A stretch of 63,060 bases of DNA, filler included, from 5 parts of 5 records of this genome joined end to end with filler, not necessarily neighbours in it, one strand, 5' to 3'; positions 28,044 to 39,079 are shown, numbered from the whole stretch's first letter. Notes: generated by a model from the sequence alone, not told the origin. Translations and numbers: made by a program.

Positions 28044-29048
28044 ATGACTAAGGCAGATTTTATCAAAATGTTTCGCAAGGGTGCATTGATGCTTCTGATT
28101 GCTGCGCTGGTGGCCTCTTTTGCCGCTGCCCCGGCATCGGCTTCAAAAGAGAACACCGACTGGCGGATCAAGATTAAATCTGCCGCTGTGGTCAATAATC
28201 CAAGGGTTACCCTTGGTGATATTGCCGAGTTTTACGGTGATCTTCCGGCGCAGACCAAGGCTGACCTTTCCGCGGTGGAACTCTGGAATGCCCCGGCCCG
28301 CAGTCGTAAGCCTGTCAGGGTCAACCGCGCTAAGTTGCGGGTTATTCTCCAGCACTATCTTGGTGAACTGGTTCGTAATTGCATTATACCGTCTACTCTG
28401 ACTATGCAGTCTGGCGGCAAGGTTATGTCGCAGGAGCAGTTGCAAAGAGCTGTTGTCAAAGTCTTGACCCCGCAGGCAGAAGCCATGGGTGGAGATTACA
28501 AACTCAGAGAATTCAAGTTGCCTCCCTATCTGTTTTTTAAAGATTCCATGGATAGTTTGAGAGTCCAGATCCCCCGAGCTCTCAAGCCGGGAAGCAATAG
28601 CTTCAGGATGGAAATTGTCAGTGTAGATGATAGGGTGTTGCGCCGACTGGCAGGATCTTTGTTTGTCGATCTTTGGAAACCTGTTCCTTGTCCTGTTCGG
28701 CCTATTAACCGCAAGGAATTGGTTACCCCTGATCTGATTACCTGGAAGAGCAAGAATATAGCCCATCTGGGCAACCGGGTCTGGGATGGTAAGGGTGGAC
28801 CTTGGCGGGTGAAGATTCCCGTGGGAACCGGGCAGCCCATTATGCGTTCATCTATTGAACCGGCTCCGGTTATTGCCAGAGGAGACAAGGTTACCTTGTT
28901 ATTCAGAGGCAAGCATTTGAAACTTACCGTTCCGGTGGAGGCCCTTGAGGATGCCGGGGTTGGTCAAAGTATCACGGTACGCAATTTGCAAAGTAAGCGT
29001 AAGGTTGTTGCTACAGTCGTCAACGCTCAGACCGTTCAGGTTAAGTAA
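28044..29048 (+). CDS. flgA: P-ring formation chaperone FlgA
   Basis: Signal peptide; C-terminal RGD.V..EALED..G..I.VRN..S. Confidence 0.9.
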   Translation: MTKADFIKMFRKGALMLLIAALVASFAAAPASASKENTDWRIKIKSAAVVNNPRVTLGDIAEFYGDLPAQTKADLSAVELWNAPARSRKPVRVNRAKLRVILQHYLGELVRNCIIPSTLTMQSGGKVMSQEQLQRAVVKVLTPQAEAMGGDYKLREFKLPPYLFFKDSMDSLRVQIPRALKPGSNSFRMEIVSVDDRVLRRLAGSLFVDLWKPVPCPVRPINRKELVTPDLITWKSKNIAHLGNRVWDGKGGPWRVKIPVGTGQPIMRSSIEPAPVIARGDKVTLLFRGKHLKLTVPVEALEDAGVGQSITVRNLQSKRKVVATVVNAQTVQVK

Positions 29049-29069
29049 TTTAGCGGAGGAATTAATAGA

Positions 29070-29768
29070 ATGAAAAAAACAACACTGGCAACTATGCTTC
29101 TTTTGGCCATTTGTGCCGGGTGCTCTCCTGCCAAGCAGGCTCCGACCCCCATGCCGGTAATGACTCCGCCCGCTCAGTACGAACCCGAGCCTATGAATAA
29201 CCCCGGTTCGCTATTTGCGGCTACTGATTCCGAATATCTTTTTGATGATAACAGGGCTCGACGAATCGGCGATATTGTGGTGGTGACTGTTTCAGAAACC
29301 AGCAAGGGCAAGCATACTTCTGATTCCACGGCAGAGAAGGAAAATAAAACAGATTTGAGCGTTACAAATTTCAGTGCTGGCCTTGCTACTGCAGTAGATC
29401 CTTTCAATATGAAGGGCGGATCAGGAAGTACTCCTTTGATTGGTTCTTCCACTTCAAACAAATTTTCAAGCACCGGTGAGACTAAAAATGAGTCAACTCT
29501 CTCTGCATCCGTGGCCTGCAGGGTTGTCCGGATTCTTCCGGGCAATGTTATGCAGGTGGAAGGTGCGCGTCAGGTGCGCATAAACGATGAAACTCAGGTG
29601 CTGGTCGTGCGCGGGTTGCTTAGACATCGCGATATCGGTCCCAGTAATACCGTGGCATCCAGCTATTTGGCAGATGCCCACATCGAAGTTTATGGTCGCG
29701 GCATTCTTGCAGATAAGCAAAGACCCGGCTGGCTTTCCAGAATTCTTGATAATGTATGGCCCTTCTAA
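29070..29768 (+). CDS. flgH: Flagellar L-ring protein FlgH
   Basis: Lipobox AGC; GSLF, D.RA..IGD, PGWL.R..VWPF. Confidence 0.95.
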   Translation: MKKTTLATMLLLAICAGCSPAKQAPTPMPVMTPPAQYEPEPMNNPGSLFAATDSEYLFDDNRARRIGDIVVVTVSETSKGKHTSDSTAEKENKTDLSVTNFSAGLATAVDPFNMKGGSGSTPLIGSSTSNKFSSTGETKNESTLSASVACRVVRILPGNVMQVEGARQVRINDETQVLVVRGLLRHRDIGPSNTVASSYLADAHIEVYGRGILADKQRPGWLSRILDNVWPF

Positions 29769-29827
29769 TGACAGGGCAAAGTATCTGTAAGGTTTTATAA
29801 AAGCTACAGAGATCAATGGAGGGAAGG

Positions 29828-30961
29828 ATGAAATTCGCTAACATGATGAACAGAATGACAGCAGGGCTTGCGGCAGCCGTATTGCTCCTGTTCATCGTAC
29901 TCATGAACGCCCAGTCCGCGGAAGCGGTTAGATTGAAGGATATTTCATCCTTCAGCGGCGTGCGTGATAACGATCTGGTCGGTTACGGTCTGGTTGTCGG
30001 TCTCTCGGGAACGGGGGACGGAACTAATTCCGCATTCACAATCACCTCCATGATCAACATGTTGGAAAAAATGGGTGTTCAAGTTGACCGTTCTTCGATC
30101 AAGCCCAAGAACGTTGCCGCAGTAATGGTCACCGCCAAGATGCCTGTTTCCGCTAAGCCCGGAGCACCGCTCGATGTAACTGTTTCATCTATCGGGGATA
30201 GTAAGTCTCTTTTCGGCGGCGTGCTCTTGATGACTCCCCTTAAAGGTATTGACGGTAAGGTCTATGCACTTGCTCAAGGTGCATTGACTGTGGGTGGATT
30301 TTCTGCAAGCGGCGAGGCAGCCACTGCATCCAAGAACGTAGTTACCGTGGCCCGCATTCCTTCCGGGGCAACCATTGAACGCTCTGTTCCTTTTGATTTT
30401 AATCGTCAGCAAAAGATTACCATTAATTTGGGTATTTCCGATTTTGGTACCACCATGCAGGTTGTGAAGAGGATCAACGGCGTAGTTGGTGGCTCTTATG
30501 CCACAGCGGTTGATGCTTCTACTGTAGATCTTGCTATTCCTGAACATTTCCGGGGCAACATGGTCCCGCTCATGGCCTCTCTTGAGAATCTTGAAATTGC
30601 GCCTGATACCAAGGCCAAGGTTGTGGTTGATGAGAAGACCGGAACAGTGGTTCTGGGACGTAATGTGCGTCTGACCAAGGTCGCAATCGCTCACGGTAAC
30701 CTGCAGGTTGTTATTGCAGAAGGTGCAGACGTAAGTCAGCCAGGTCCTTTTGCTCCTGAAGGTGCGGAGACCGTGGCAACTCCTGAGACAGAGCTTCAGG
30801 TTGAGGAAGACAACAACAGGCTGATGCTTGTTGAAGGCGCAACTTTGCAGGAACTTGTGGACGGACTTAACGCCATCGGTGCTACCCCGCGTGACCTGAT
30901 CTCTATCTTGAGAACAATGAAGGTTGCCGGAGCACTGCACGCAGAGCTTGAGGTGATTTAA
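29828..30961 (+). CDS. flgI: Flagellar P-ring protein FlgI
   Basis: [33 protein letters not shown]. Confidence 0.97.
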   Translation: MKFANMMNRMTAGLAAAVLLLFIVLMNAQSAEAVRLKDISSFSGVRDNDLVGYGLVVGLSGTGDGTNSAFTITSMINMLEKMGVQVDRSSIKPKNVAAVMVTAKMPVSAKPGAPLDVTVSSIGDSKSLFGGVLLMTPLKGIDGKVYALAQGALTVGGFSASGEAATASKNVVTVARIPSGATIERSVPFDFNRQQKITINLGISDFGTTMQVVKRINGVVGGSYATAVDASTVDLAIPEHFRGNMVPLMASLENLEIAPDTKAKVVVDEKTGTVVLGRNVRLTKVAIAHGNLQVVIAEGADVSQPGPFAPEGAETVATPETELQVEEDNNRLMLVEGATLQELVDGLNAIGATPRDLISILRTMKVAGALHAELEVI

Positions 30962-30990
30962 GGCACTAAAAGAATAACTCGCTTATAGAA

Positions 30991-31044
30991 ATTAAGAACA
31001 AGAAAAGCCCGGCAGTAATATGTCGGGCTTTTCTTGTTCTTAAT
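30991..31044. terminator. Long bidirectional terminator hairpin
   Basis: ATTAAGAACAAGAAAAGCCCGGCA / TGTCGGGCTTTTCTTGTTCTTAAT inverted repeat. Confidence 0.85.
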
Positions 31045-31056
31045 CTATGGAAGGGA

Positions 31057-31166
31057 GCGGTCAAACTCTTGACCGCACAGGGGCGAAATTATGTTGAAAC
31101 ATGGGGTGAAATTAGAGCTAAGCGTTGATGAATAGCGGGTTGGGGTAAGACGGTACGCGATTTGCA
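31057..31166 (+). promoter_or_regulatory. Enhancer-like palindrome and sigma54 promoter of flgJ
   Basis: GCGGTCAA-actc-TTGACCGC (31057-31076); CGGTACGCGATTTGCA (31151-31166, GG-N10-GC). Confidence 0.65.
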
Positions 31167-31234
31167 AAATAGGGGGAAAGCGGTTCTGGCAATAGTCGAA
31201 ACGCGAGACCGTGTACGAACTGGAGGTAATCTAA

Positions 31235-31957
31235 ATGATAGACAGCGCTATGAATACAGCCAATGCGCAGGCCAAAGCTGAAAGCAAAGAATTGCAGGGC
31301 TTCAAGCGTAAGCTTACCAGCCTGAACGACCGCCTTTCAGGCGGAAAGGATCAGGAGGTGGCCTTGCGGGATGCCTGCAAGAAGTTCGAAGCGGTCTTTA
31401 TGGGCAAAATCTGGCAGCAGATGCGTAAGAACGTGCCTAAGGGCGGCTACCTGAGCAATAGATATGAGCAGCAGTACACCGCCATGTTTGATAAGGATTT
31501 TTCTGAGAAGCTGGCTGAGGGCGGCGGTATCGGGCTGGGCGACATGCTTTACGACCAGTTGCGCGCCAAACTGGAGAATGCAAGCAAATCCACCCTGCCG
31601 GGTACGGGTAATTCGACTGCCCTGAAGACTCTTGATGAAGTCGGACGTCAGGGTTCTGTTCATGGAACCCATTTGGCCTCTATTAACAAAGGCGGAGAAG
31701 ACGGGATACCCGGAATTCCTCTACCCAAGCCCGGAATTTCTCTCGAAGATGAAGATTTTAGTTTTGGGCAACGCGTCGAGCGTCAGGTTGCACGTGAGAA
31801 TTCCGCAAATTCAGCTGCTTCAAATCCCATGAGCAGGACTGAGGCCATGGCTAAAATTGAGGAACTGGCCCGGAAGATCGAGCAGGAGCATGACACAAAA
31901 GTTTATGTGCAGGGCGTGACTGCTGATGAAATTGGCAAGAAACTTGCTGGTATATAG
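31235..31957 (+). CDS. flgJ: Rod-binding FlgJ-like protein
   Basis: LRDAC..FEAVF..MRK..GGIGL..MLY.QL rod-binding domain; no muramidase domain. Confidence 0.8.
   Translation: MIDSAMNTANAQAKAESKELQGFKRKLTSLNDRLSGGKDQEVALRDACKKFEAVFMGKIWQQMRKNVPKGGYLSNRYEQQYTAMFDKDFSEKLAEGGGIGLGDMLYDQLRAKLENASKSTLPGTGNSTALKTLDEVGRQGSVHGTHLASINKGGEDGIPGIPLPKPGISLEDEDFSFGQRVERQVARENSANSAASNPMSRTEAMAKIEELARKIEQEHDTKVYVQGVTADEIGKKLAGI
31932..31948 (+). promoter_or_regulatory. sigma54 promoter embedded in the 3' end of flgJ, driving flgNKL
   Basis: TTGGCAAGAAACTTGCT, GG-N10-GC. Confidence 0.65.
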
Positions 31958-32034
31958 TCAAGGTTTTGTTAAGAAATCTTTGAAAAACATAAAATTTAAT
32001 AAATATCAGGCTCTTAAGTAGGGAGGAGAGGGAA

Positions 32035-32514
32035 ATGATCAAACTTATACAGGCAAATCTTGACAGACAGTCAAAGGCAGTCTTGTTGCTCTCCATGCTT
32101 CTTCAGGAAGAATTTTCCCTGCTTATGAATAAGGATCCGCACGGTGTTACCGGGGTTGAACTGGTAATTCAAGAGCTTATGAGACAGATTTCAGCTGAGC
32201 GCATGTCTATGAGATCTTTCGTTCAAAAATTTGACCCTTCCGCACAGCGGCTCGGTCAGATTCTTCCTGCCATCGAAGATGGTCAGCGTAAGGAAATTGA
32301 AAGGCTTCTCTCTAAGATTGATGAGCTTGAACAGAAGTGCGGTATTCAGGCTACCAAGAATCATCAGTTAGCTCAGGCTCTGCTCGAGCAATCTTCTTCC
32401 ATGTTGGATTTCCTGCATAAGGAAATTACTCCCAAGGAAAAGAATGTTTACTCTGCACGCGGTCGTTATTCAAATCCCAAGCCTCAGGCTTCATTAATTA
32501 ACGGGAGGCTCTAA
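32035..32514 (+). CDS. flgN: Flagellar export chaperone FlgN
   Basis: Helical 159 aa, N..L motif and terminal Y..G; immediately before flgK. Confidence 0.82.
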   Translation: MIKLIQANLDRQSKAVLLLSMLLQEEFSLLMNKDPHGVTGVELVIQELMRQISAERMSMRSFVQKFDPSAQRLGQILPAIEDGQRKEIERLLSKIDELEQKCGIQATKNHQLAQALLEQSSSMLDFLHKEITPKEKNVYSARGRYSNPKPQASLINGRL

Positions 32515-34628
32515 TGCCCGGTGTTAATTCTCTTTTGAATCTGGGCACAGGGGCCCTTTTCGCTTCCCAGTCGGCGATATCCGTAACCGGTGATAACATT
32601 TCCAATGTTAACACCGAAGGATACTCCCGCCGTAAAGTTCGCCTCGAAGAACGGGTCAGCATAAACTACAGTCCGGGCCAGCTTGGTACCGGAGTCCGTG
32701 CCGCTGAAGTTTACCGTAATTTCGACCAGTTCGTAGAGAACAGCTATAATGACAAAGCCACCATGCGTGAGCGTTGGGATACCCTTCACAGCACTTTGAG
32801 TAGTGTAGAATCACTTTTCAACGAATCAAAGGGATACGGCCTTAACTCAAGTCTGACTAAATTTTTCAATGACTGGCAGGACCTTAGCCAGCGTCCTAAT
32901 GACGCGGCTTCCCGTCAGCAGTTACTCAGTGATACCACCAACCTTGTCAATTCCCTGCATAGTATGCAGAACGACATGACCCGCTACCAGCAGCAGGTTG
33001 AGGATTACATCAAGCAGGATGTGACCAAGGCTAACGATATTATGGAGCGTATTGCTGAGATCAACCAGCGTATCAATGTGGATCAGGTTGACGGTCAGAA
33101 TAATCCCAATGCCCTTTATGATGAAAGAGCAACTTTGATTCGTGAGCTTTCCGAGATCATGGATACAAAGATGATCGATAATGGAAAGGGTAATGTCACC
33201 ATCACCACCGGGGCCGGACAGACTTTGGTGGACGGCGATAAGCATTTCAGTCTTTCTTACGATGGACCGCAGAGTCAGAATAACCTGACCCCGAGTTCAA
33301 ATTTTGATGGTAAAGCCTATTTTTCCGGTTCCAGTGAGTTTGAGTACACTCTGGAATGTGTAACCGCAGGCGGTATGGGAACTGCTGAGTACCGTGTCTC
33401 TCTCGATGGCGGAACTACTTGGCTCAAGAACGATGATGGTACCGTAAAAACATTTACTGCCAACGCCGAATCCGGGGCCATTCAGGTAGATGACTTGCAA
33501 ATCTGGTTTGGAAGTGGTTCGGATGCTTCCACTGCTCCCACCACCAACATGTCTGTGGGTGACAAATTCAACATCGTACCCAAGAGTGCTTTGTACTGGG
33601 TTGAGAATACCTCCACTAAGGAGAATATTACCCCGCAGATTAACTTTGCAGGGCAGGATAATACCAGAAGGGTTACCGGTGGTTCTCTGGCGGGGCTCTT
33701 CAACTTTCGCGATAACGCAGTGGGTAGATACAAAGAGCGCATGGACGCCCTGACCAAAGAACTCGTCTGGCAGACTAACCGTATCCATTCACAGGGAGCA
33801 GGGCTTAAGGCTCATACCTCTCTCGAAGGAACTTACGGCGTTAACACTGATACTGCAGCTCTGGGTAGCGGATCTTCCGGTCTGCCTTTCGCAGACAGGC
33901 TTCAGTCCGGTAACTCGCTGATGTATTTTTATAATTCTACCACCGGTGCCATGGAAGCTTCCGGACAGATTGATTTCAGTTCCATTGCTCCTCCGGGTGT
34001 CCAGAATTTTGATCCTTCTGTTCACAGTCTTGAGGATGTGGAATCAGCAATTAATGCATCTTTCGGAACATATGTTGATGCTTCCATTGTGAACCACAAG
34101 CTGCATATCACCGCCAAGGACGGTTATAATTTTCAGATGGGAACCGATACTTCCGGTCTGTATGCGGCTCTGGGGTTGAATACTTATTTCAGCGGTTCCC
34201 AAGCTTCAGATATCGCGGTTAACGGCGGAGTCAACGGAGATATTGATTTCATCAATGCCGGACATGTGAACGGAGCCGGTGAGGCCAATGAAGGTGATAA
34301 TACTAATGCTCTCAAGATGAAAGCCATGGGTATGACCGATCTGGACATTACCACCGCTTTTGACGGCACCACCAATCAGACTCTGATCGAATATTACGAT
34401 GGTACTGTCGCGGTGGTAGGTGCTGATACCGGAACCGCCAAGTTTAATAAAAATTTTCAGGAAACACTCGCATCCGATCTTAACGAGAAGCAGCAGGCTG
34501 TGTCGGGTGTGAATATTGATGAAGAAATGAGTAACCTGATCAAATTCCAGCACTCATATACTGCTGCTGCAAAGCTGATCACAACCGCTGACCAGATGCT
34601 TCAGACCCTGCTGGGAATGAAGAATTAA
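32514..34628 (+). CDS. flgK: Hook-associated protein FlgK
   Basis: NISNVNTEGYSR; SGVNIDEEM.NLIKFQHSY.AAAK. Confidence 0.96.
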   Translation: MPGVNSLLNLGTGALFASQSAISVTGDNISNVNTEGYSRRKVRLEERVSINYSPGQLGTGVRAAEVYRNFDQFVENSYNDKATMRERWDTLHSTLSSVESLFNESKGYGLNSSLTKFFNDWQDLSQRPNDAASRQQLLSDTTNLVNSLHSMQNDMTRYQQQVEDYIKQDVTKANDIMERIAEINQRINVDQVDGQNNPNALYDERATLIRELSEIMDTKMIDNGKGNVTITTGAGQTLVDGDKHFSLSYDGPQSQNNLTPSSNFDGKAYFSGSSEFEYTLECVTAGGMGTAEYRVSLDGGTTWLKNDDGTVKTFTANAESGAIQVDDLQIWFGSGSDASTAPTTNMSVGDKFNIVPKSALYWVENTSTKENITPQINFAGQDNTRRVTGGSLAGLFNFRDNAVGRYKERMDALTKELVWQTNRIHSQGAGLKAHTSLEGTYGVNTDTAALGSGSSGLPFADRLQSGNSLMYFYNSTTGAMEASGQIDFSSIAPPGVQNFDPSVHSLEDVESAINASFGTYVDASIVNHKLHITAKDGYNFQMGTDTSGLYAALGLNTYFSGSQASDIAVNGGVNGDIDFINAGHVNGAGEANEGDNTNALKMKAMGMTDLDITTAFDGTTNQTLIEYYDGTVAVVGADTGTAKFNKNFQETLASDLNEKQQAVSGVNIDEEMSNLIKFQHSYTAAAKLITTADQMLQTLLGMKN

Positions 34629-34655
34629 GGTTCAAAAGGCTGAGGGAGAAAGGCT

Positions 34656-36230
34656 ATGAGAGTATCACAGCAAATGCTTTTCAACACATATGTGTCCAAT
34701 ATGAATAGGTCCTTAACCGATCTGGTGGATACAAATATTCAGGCACAGACCCAGAAGAAGGTTAATAAACCTTCCGATGATCCTGTGGGCATGGCTCGTA
34801 TTCTCGATCATCGTGAAACCCTTGCTACAGTTAAGCAGTACCGGGATAACATTGATACCGCCAAGGGTTGGCTTTCCCTTTCGGATACAACCCTGACTCA
34901 GGTCTCGACTATTCTGACCCGTGCCAAGGGGCTGGCCGAGCAGGGAGCTACCGGTACCATCACTGCTGACAACAGGGAACAGATCAGCTATGAAGCCCGC
35001 CAGCTTTTTCAGCAGTTGGTGTCCCTAGCCAATACTGAATATGAAGGAAAGAGTATCTACGCCGGGCACAAGGTGGAGGATAATGCCTTTGCTGAAAGGC
35101 TCTGGATGACTACCAATGATTCCAATGTTTCTTCACGAAATTTCACTATCACCGGCAGTGCAGATAAAACCATTGTGGTTCAATTCATAGAGTCCGGTGA
35201 CATCGGTGGCGGTGCCGATCTTGATTATCGCTACTCCAAGGATGGCGGAAAGACCTTCACCACTAAGACTCTTGCTGCCGGTAATACCCAGCTGGATTTT
35301 GATGGCGTGACTATGGATTTTGATCTGGGAACTCCTGCGGTCAATATTCCGGTCACAGCGAACTCGCCGACTGATACTAATGACACTTCCGGTACCTGGA
35401 TGTGGGTGCGTCCCACTGCACAGTATATGGGTGACGACGCGGATGCCATTGATGTGGTTGGAATGAATACCAACCTGAACGGTCCCTTGAATCAGGCTGA
35501 AGGTGCTTTTACCAAGGATGTGGTTGTCCGCATTGACAACACTACCGATCTGGCTAGCCAGATAGAATATTCATACAGTCTTGATGGTGGTGTCAGCTGG
35601 GTCGAAGGTAATATCAAGACTGCTGACGGGGTTACCTCTAACGCTGTATTGACCATTCCCGGCGGAACTTTGACCATTCATTCCAATGGTGGTGCAAATG
35701 CTTTGGCATCAGGAGCACAGTTCCTAGTTCATCCCGATACTGCGGCAATGGATGTCCAGATTCAGGAAAATGAATATGTGCGCATCAACGATGTGGGCAA
35801 GGATATTTTCGGCGGTGTTTACCAGCAGCCCGGGGCTAGCGGAGCCAGTGTTGTTTTTAATAACAACAGTACGCTCACGGGGGACGGTAGTTCGCCAACG
35901 CAAAACCTGCTCGAAACCATGGGTAACCTTGTGGCTTTTCTGGAAACCAATAACCAGAGTGGTGTGCAGGAATGTCTTGAAAGTTTGAAATTAACCCACA
36001 AGCATGTGCTGACCAAAGCTGCCGATGTCGGTGGCAGGGAGAACAGGCTTGCGGTTGCGGATCAGGTTCTTTCCAGTCTCGAGCTGAACGAGAAGGACCG
36101 TATCTCGCATATTGAGGATGTTGATGTGGGGGAACTTATGACCAAGCTTTCCCAGCAGCAGATTGTTTATGAGGCTGTGCTGAAGAGTTCTTCCATGATC
36201 ATGAAGATGAACCTGCTCAATTATGTTTAA
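34656..36230 (+). CDS. flgL: Hook-associated protein FlgL
   Basis: MRVSQ..KPSDDP; flagellin-like termini, EDVD..LLNYV. Confidence 0.95.
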   Translation: MRVSQQMLFNTYVSNMNRSLTDLVDTNIQAQTQKKVNKPSDDPVGMARILDHRETLATVKQYRDNIDTAKGWLSLSDTTLTQVSTILTRAKGLAEQGATGTITADNREQISYEARQLFQQLVSLANTEYEGKSIYAGHKVEDNAFAERLWMTTNDSNVSSRNFTITGSADKTIVVQFIESGDIGGGADLDYRYSKDGGKTFTTKTLAAGNTQLDFDGVTMDFDLGTPAVNIPVTANSPTDTNDTSGTWMWVRPTAQYMGDDADAIDVVGMNTNLNGPLNQAEGAFTKDVVVRIDNTTDLASQIEYSYSLDGGVSWVEGNIKTADGVTSNAVLTIPGGTLTIHSNGGANALASGAQFLVHPDTAAMDVQIQENEYVRINDVGKDIFGGVYQQPGASGASVVFNNNSTLTGDGSSPTQNLLETMGNLVAFLETNNQSGVQECLESLKLTHKHVLTKAADVGGRENRLAVADQVLSSLELNEKDRISHIEDVDVGELMTKLSQQQIVYEAVLKSSSMIMKMNLLNYV

Positions 36231-36379
36231 GAAATTTATTTAAATGTAGATAGTTGTGCTTGCCCGCAGGGCCTTTCTTGCGCTACTACTTACCCAGTGC
36301 TGAAAATATTTTCCATGGTGGCGGATATTTTCGATCAAAGCAGAAACAATCCAAAAGGATTATTTACACTCATATTGAT

Positions 36380-36619
36380 ATGCTAATTCTGACCCGGAGA
36401 CCGGGGGAAGCCCTTTACCTGGATGACAATATAAAGATCACGGTATTAAGCGTGCAAGGACGGCAGGTTAAGCTGGGCCTTGAGATACCGGCTGAGACTA
36501 CTGTCTATAGGGAAGAGGTTTACCTCAAGATTAAAGAACAGAACCGTTTGGCGCTTGAAAACACAGAGCAGGATCTTCTTGCTGCGACCGAGTTATGGCA
36601 AAAGAAAGAAAAAAAATAA
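36380..36619 (+). CDS. csrA: Carbon storage regulator CsrA
   Basis: [20 protein letters not shown]; real start 36380, not 36254. Confidence 0.95.
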   Translation: MLILTRRPGEALYLDDNIKITVLSVQGRQVKLGLEIPAETTVYREEVYLKIKEQNRLALENTEQDLLAATELWQKKEKK

Positions 36620-37038
36620 TCAGGACCCGTATCGGGGAAAGAGAGATTACCGATGAAGGTATCATTTACTTTTCCCGTGGATTGATCGGCTTTGACGATA
36701 AGAGGGATTTCGCTTTAATTCAGCTTAGCGAAAATTCTCCATTTCTCCTGCTGCAGAGTCTCGAAGATCCGGGCCTTGGTCTGCTGGTGGCTGATCCTTA
36801 CAGTTTCATGGACGACTATGAAGTTCGGTTAAGTGAAGCTGAGAAAAGAATTTTAAGAGTGGAAAATGTCCGCCAGCTTGCTGTGCTGGTGACGGTTACC
36901 ATTCCTCCGGGAAGACCTAACGAAACCACTCTCAACCTCGGCGGTCCCATTGTGATCAATTCCGAGGCAAGACGCGGTATGCAGGTCCCGCAGGTGGACT
37001 CCAAATATCCGACACACTTCCGCCCGGCGAACGATTAA
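36595..37038 (+). CDS. fliW: Flagellar assembly factor FliW
   Basis: GLIGF, LQS, DP..F..Y, T.NL.GPIVIN; adjacent to csrA. Confidence 0.93.
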   Translation: MAKERKKIIRTRIGEREITDEGIIYFSRGLIGFDDKRDFALIQLSENSPFLLLQSLEDPGLGLLVADPYSFMDDYEVRLSEAEKRILRVENVRQLAVLVTVTIPPGRPNETTLNLGGPIVINSEARRGMQVPQVDSKYPTHFRPAND

Positions 37039-37212
37039 TATTCATAGTTTCGGGGCATAAAATAAATGTCATTTTATTTTATGAATATCATCAAATTAAA
37101 ATTTTAATTTGATGTCCTTGAAACCTCAGACGTTGCCGGGTCAGCGGTGTGGGAAAGCTCCCATATATTTTAGTCATCAAAGCGGTGAAATCCTTGATCG
37201 GGTTTCACCGTT

Positions 37213-37512
37213 TTACTTTAAGAATTCCACTTCATCACGCACGAGATTCATGGCCGTCTTGCGAATATCCGGCTTGTATGTTCCTGAGCGTACCTGTTCC
37301 CTGAGATCTCTTACCTTCTGTTCTCTGGTGTCCGGGCTTTCAGTGGCTGCCTGCCGAGCTGTGCCGAGCAGTCTTGCCTGAGACGAGACATTTACAACGT
37401 CCCGGCTGGGAGCGGAACTTTGCTGCTGGGCTTGTGTCTTGTCCGCAGCATTGTTCACCCGGTTATCAGAGTAGGCCTTGAGAGGGGTCTGGCTATACTG
37501 GTTAATCTTCAT
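37213..37512 (-). CDS. flgM: Anti-sigma28 factor FlgM
   Basis: D.V.VS..A..R..KV..L...V.SGTY.PD. Confidence 0.9.
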   Translation of the reverse strand: MKINQYSQTPLKAYSDNRVNNAADKTQAQQQSSAPSRDVVNVSSQARLLGTARQAATESPDTREQKVRDLREQVRSGTYKPDIRKTAMNLVRDEVEFLK

Positions 37513-37570
37513 AATCCCCCCCGGGGTTACCAAATTTACAATAATATGAGGTTACGTGGAGCGGCCAGCA

Positions 37571-37987
37571 TCAGAGCATGGTCCGGTCAACCTTGTCCAG
37601 TGTGATCTCCCAGAGTCGGTTCATGACCTGCGCTTTTTCATCGCGCGGCAGATCAAAAACACCTTCCGGGGTTTCTTTTAGAACTTGCACATCGCTGCCA
37701 TCGAGAGGGTACTCGAAAACATAGCGATCACCGAAATCAAGTTCCAGCTGTTCTAATATATCGGACACTACCGGATTTTCATTACCCGAGACGATGAGAT
37801 TTTCGATAATTTCCCGGGAAACTTTTTCTATAAGCTCGCGACGCCTTGCCTGTCGTGAAATAGTAACCGTGTCAGGAGACTCGGTCCTCTTCAGGGCACG
37901 CCTGAATCGGGCCAGCCGCTTGGCACTGGTCAGCTGCTTTCCATAGGTGCGCAGCATGTTACGTATTTCTGCAGGGTTGTTAGCCAC
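37571..37987 (-). CDS. FlgM-associated protein (DVU0524-like)
   Basis: RNMLRTYGKQL..D.VTIS; GTG start with GGAGGA RBS; upstream of flgM. Confidence 0.75.
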   Translation of the reverse strand: MANNPAEIRNMLRTYGKQLTSAKRLARFRRALKRTESPDTVTISRQARRRELIEKVSREIIENLIVSGNENPVVSDILEQLELDFGDRYVFEYPLDGSDVQVLKETPEGVFDLPRDEKAQVMNRLWEITLDKVDRTML

Positions 37988-38011
37988 GTTACATAATCCT
38001 CCTCATACTCT

Positions 38012-38040
38012 GTATCGGCAGGTTTCAATATATACTTTAG
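38012..38040 (-). promoter_or_regulatory. sigma28 (FliA) promoter
   Basis: CTAAAGTAT-N12-GCCGATAC upstream of the flgM operon. Confidence 0.75.
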
Positions 38041-38220
38041 GGGAATTTAAGAAAAAAATGAAAAATATTTTTACATCTTTTACAATGGCTTAGGTGCGGA
38101 TGTGAAAATAAGCTTAAAATTAGTCCCAAAAAAAGTATAGTGATGGCAAATTATAATCTTCTTTTTTTTAAAGCAGCAAATAGTTGAATCTTGGGCTTCT
38201 TTCTAATAGGAGAGTTATCT

Positions 38221-39072
38221 ATGTCAGATAGTCAAGGTTCTGTTTTAATTGTCACCAAGTCCGGCGGAGGCGCCGCGGCTGAATTGGGTGGGGAAATTGC
38301 CCGTTGGCTCAGCCTGCGCGGTGTTGATTCCGATATTGTTGAGCATCCTTATCCCCCGGCAAGGATAAACGTTTCCGTTTACCGGGAAAATACCATGCTG
38401 GTCTTGGTTTTGGGTGGAGACGGTACATTCATTAGTGTTGCCGGAAATGTCATTGACTGGGAAGTTCCGGTACTGGGGATAAATCATGGCCGGGTTGGAT
38501 TTCTGGCCGAGGTCCTTCCTGAAGATTGGGAAATCGCATTGGAAAGGTTTTTCAGCAATGAACTGGATCTTTCTCCCCGAACTACTTTTGATTATGAAGT
38601 TCAGCGCGGAAACGGCATTGTGGCACGTGGGGTAGCGATCAATGATTTGGTTATTTCCCGTGGCGCTGTAGCCAGAATTATTTCTCTTGATATCGGTCAG
38701 AAGGGTCAGTGGATCAAGAATTTACGTGCTGATGGGTTGATAGTTTCCACTCCCACCGGATCTACCGCCTATAATGTCTCTGCCGGAGGCCCGTTGGTGC
38801 ATCCGGAGCTTGCAGCCATGTGTTTGACCCCCGTCTGTCCCTTTTTAAATGGTATCCGTCCCATGGTTCTGCCTGTGGACACTCCATTAACCATTGATAT
38901 TGGTGAAACTTCCGGCGATGTCTACCTTACCGAAGACGGACGTGTCCCATATCCTTTAAGTGTGGGATACCGGGTGATTATTTCCAAGCATAAGAAAGAC
39001 CTCATGCTGGCCCGCATCCGCAGTAATACTTTTTTTGAAAAATTGAGAAGCAAAGGCTTTCTCACGGAGTAA
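38221..39072 (+). CDS. nadK: NAD kinase
   Basis: LGGDGT, G.VGFL, ND, DGLIVSTPTGSTAY..SAGGP. Confidence 0.95.
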   Translation: MSDSQGSVLIVTKSGGGAAAELGGEIARWLSLRGVDSDIVEHPYPPARINVSVYRENTMLVLVLGGDGTFISVAGNVIDWEVPVLGINHGRVGFLAEVLPEDWEIALERFFSNELDLSPRTTFDYEVQRGNGIVARGVAINDLVISRGAVARIISLDIGQKGQWIKNLRADGLIVSTPTGSTAYNVSAGGPLVHPELAAMCLTPVCPFLNGIRPMVLPVDTPLTIDIGETSGDVYLTEDGRVPYPLSVGYRVIISKHKKDLMLARIRSNTFFEKLRSKGFLTE

Positions 39073-39079
39073 CCCAGCA

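Noticed and set aside
36254-36379. N-terminally extended CsrA (121 aa)
   Set aside because: The canonical MLILTR start is at 36380; the upstream part is most likely leader.
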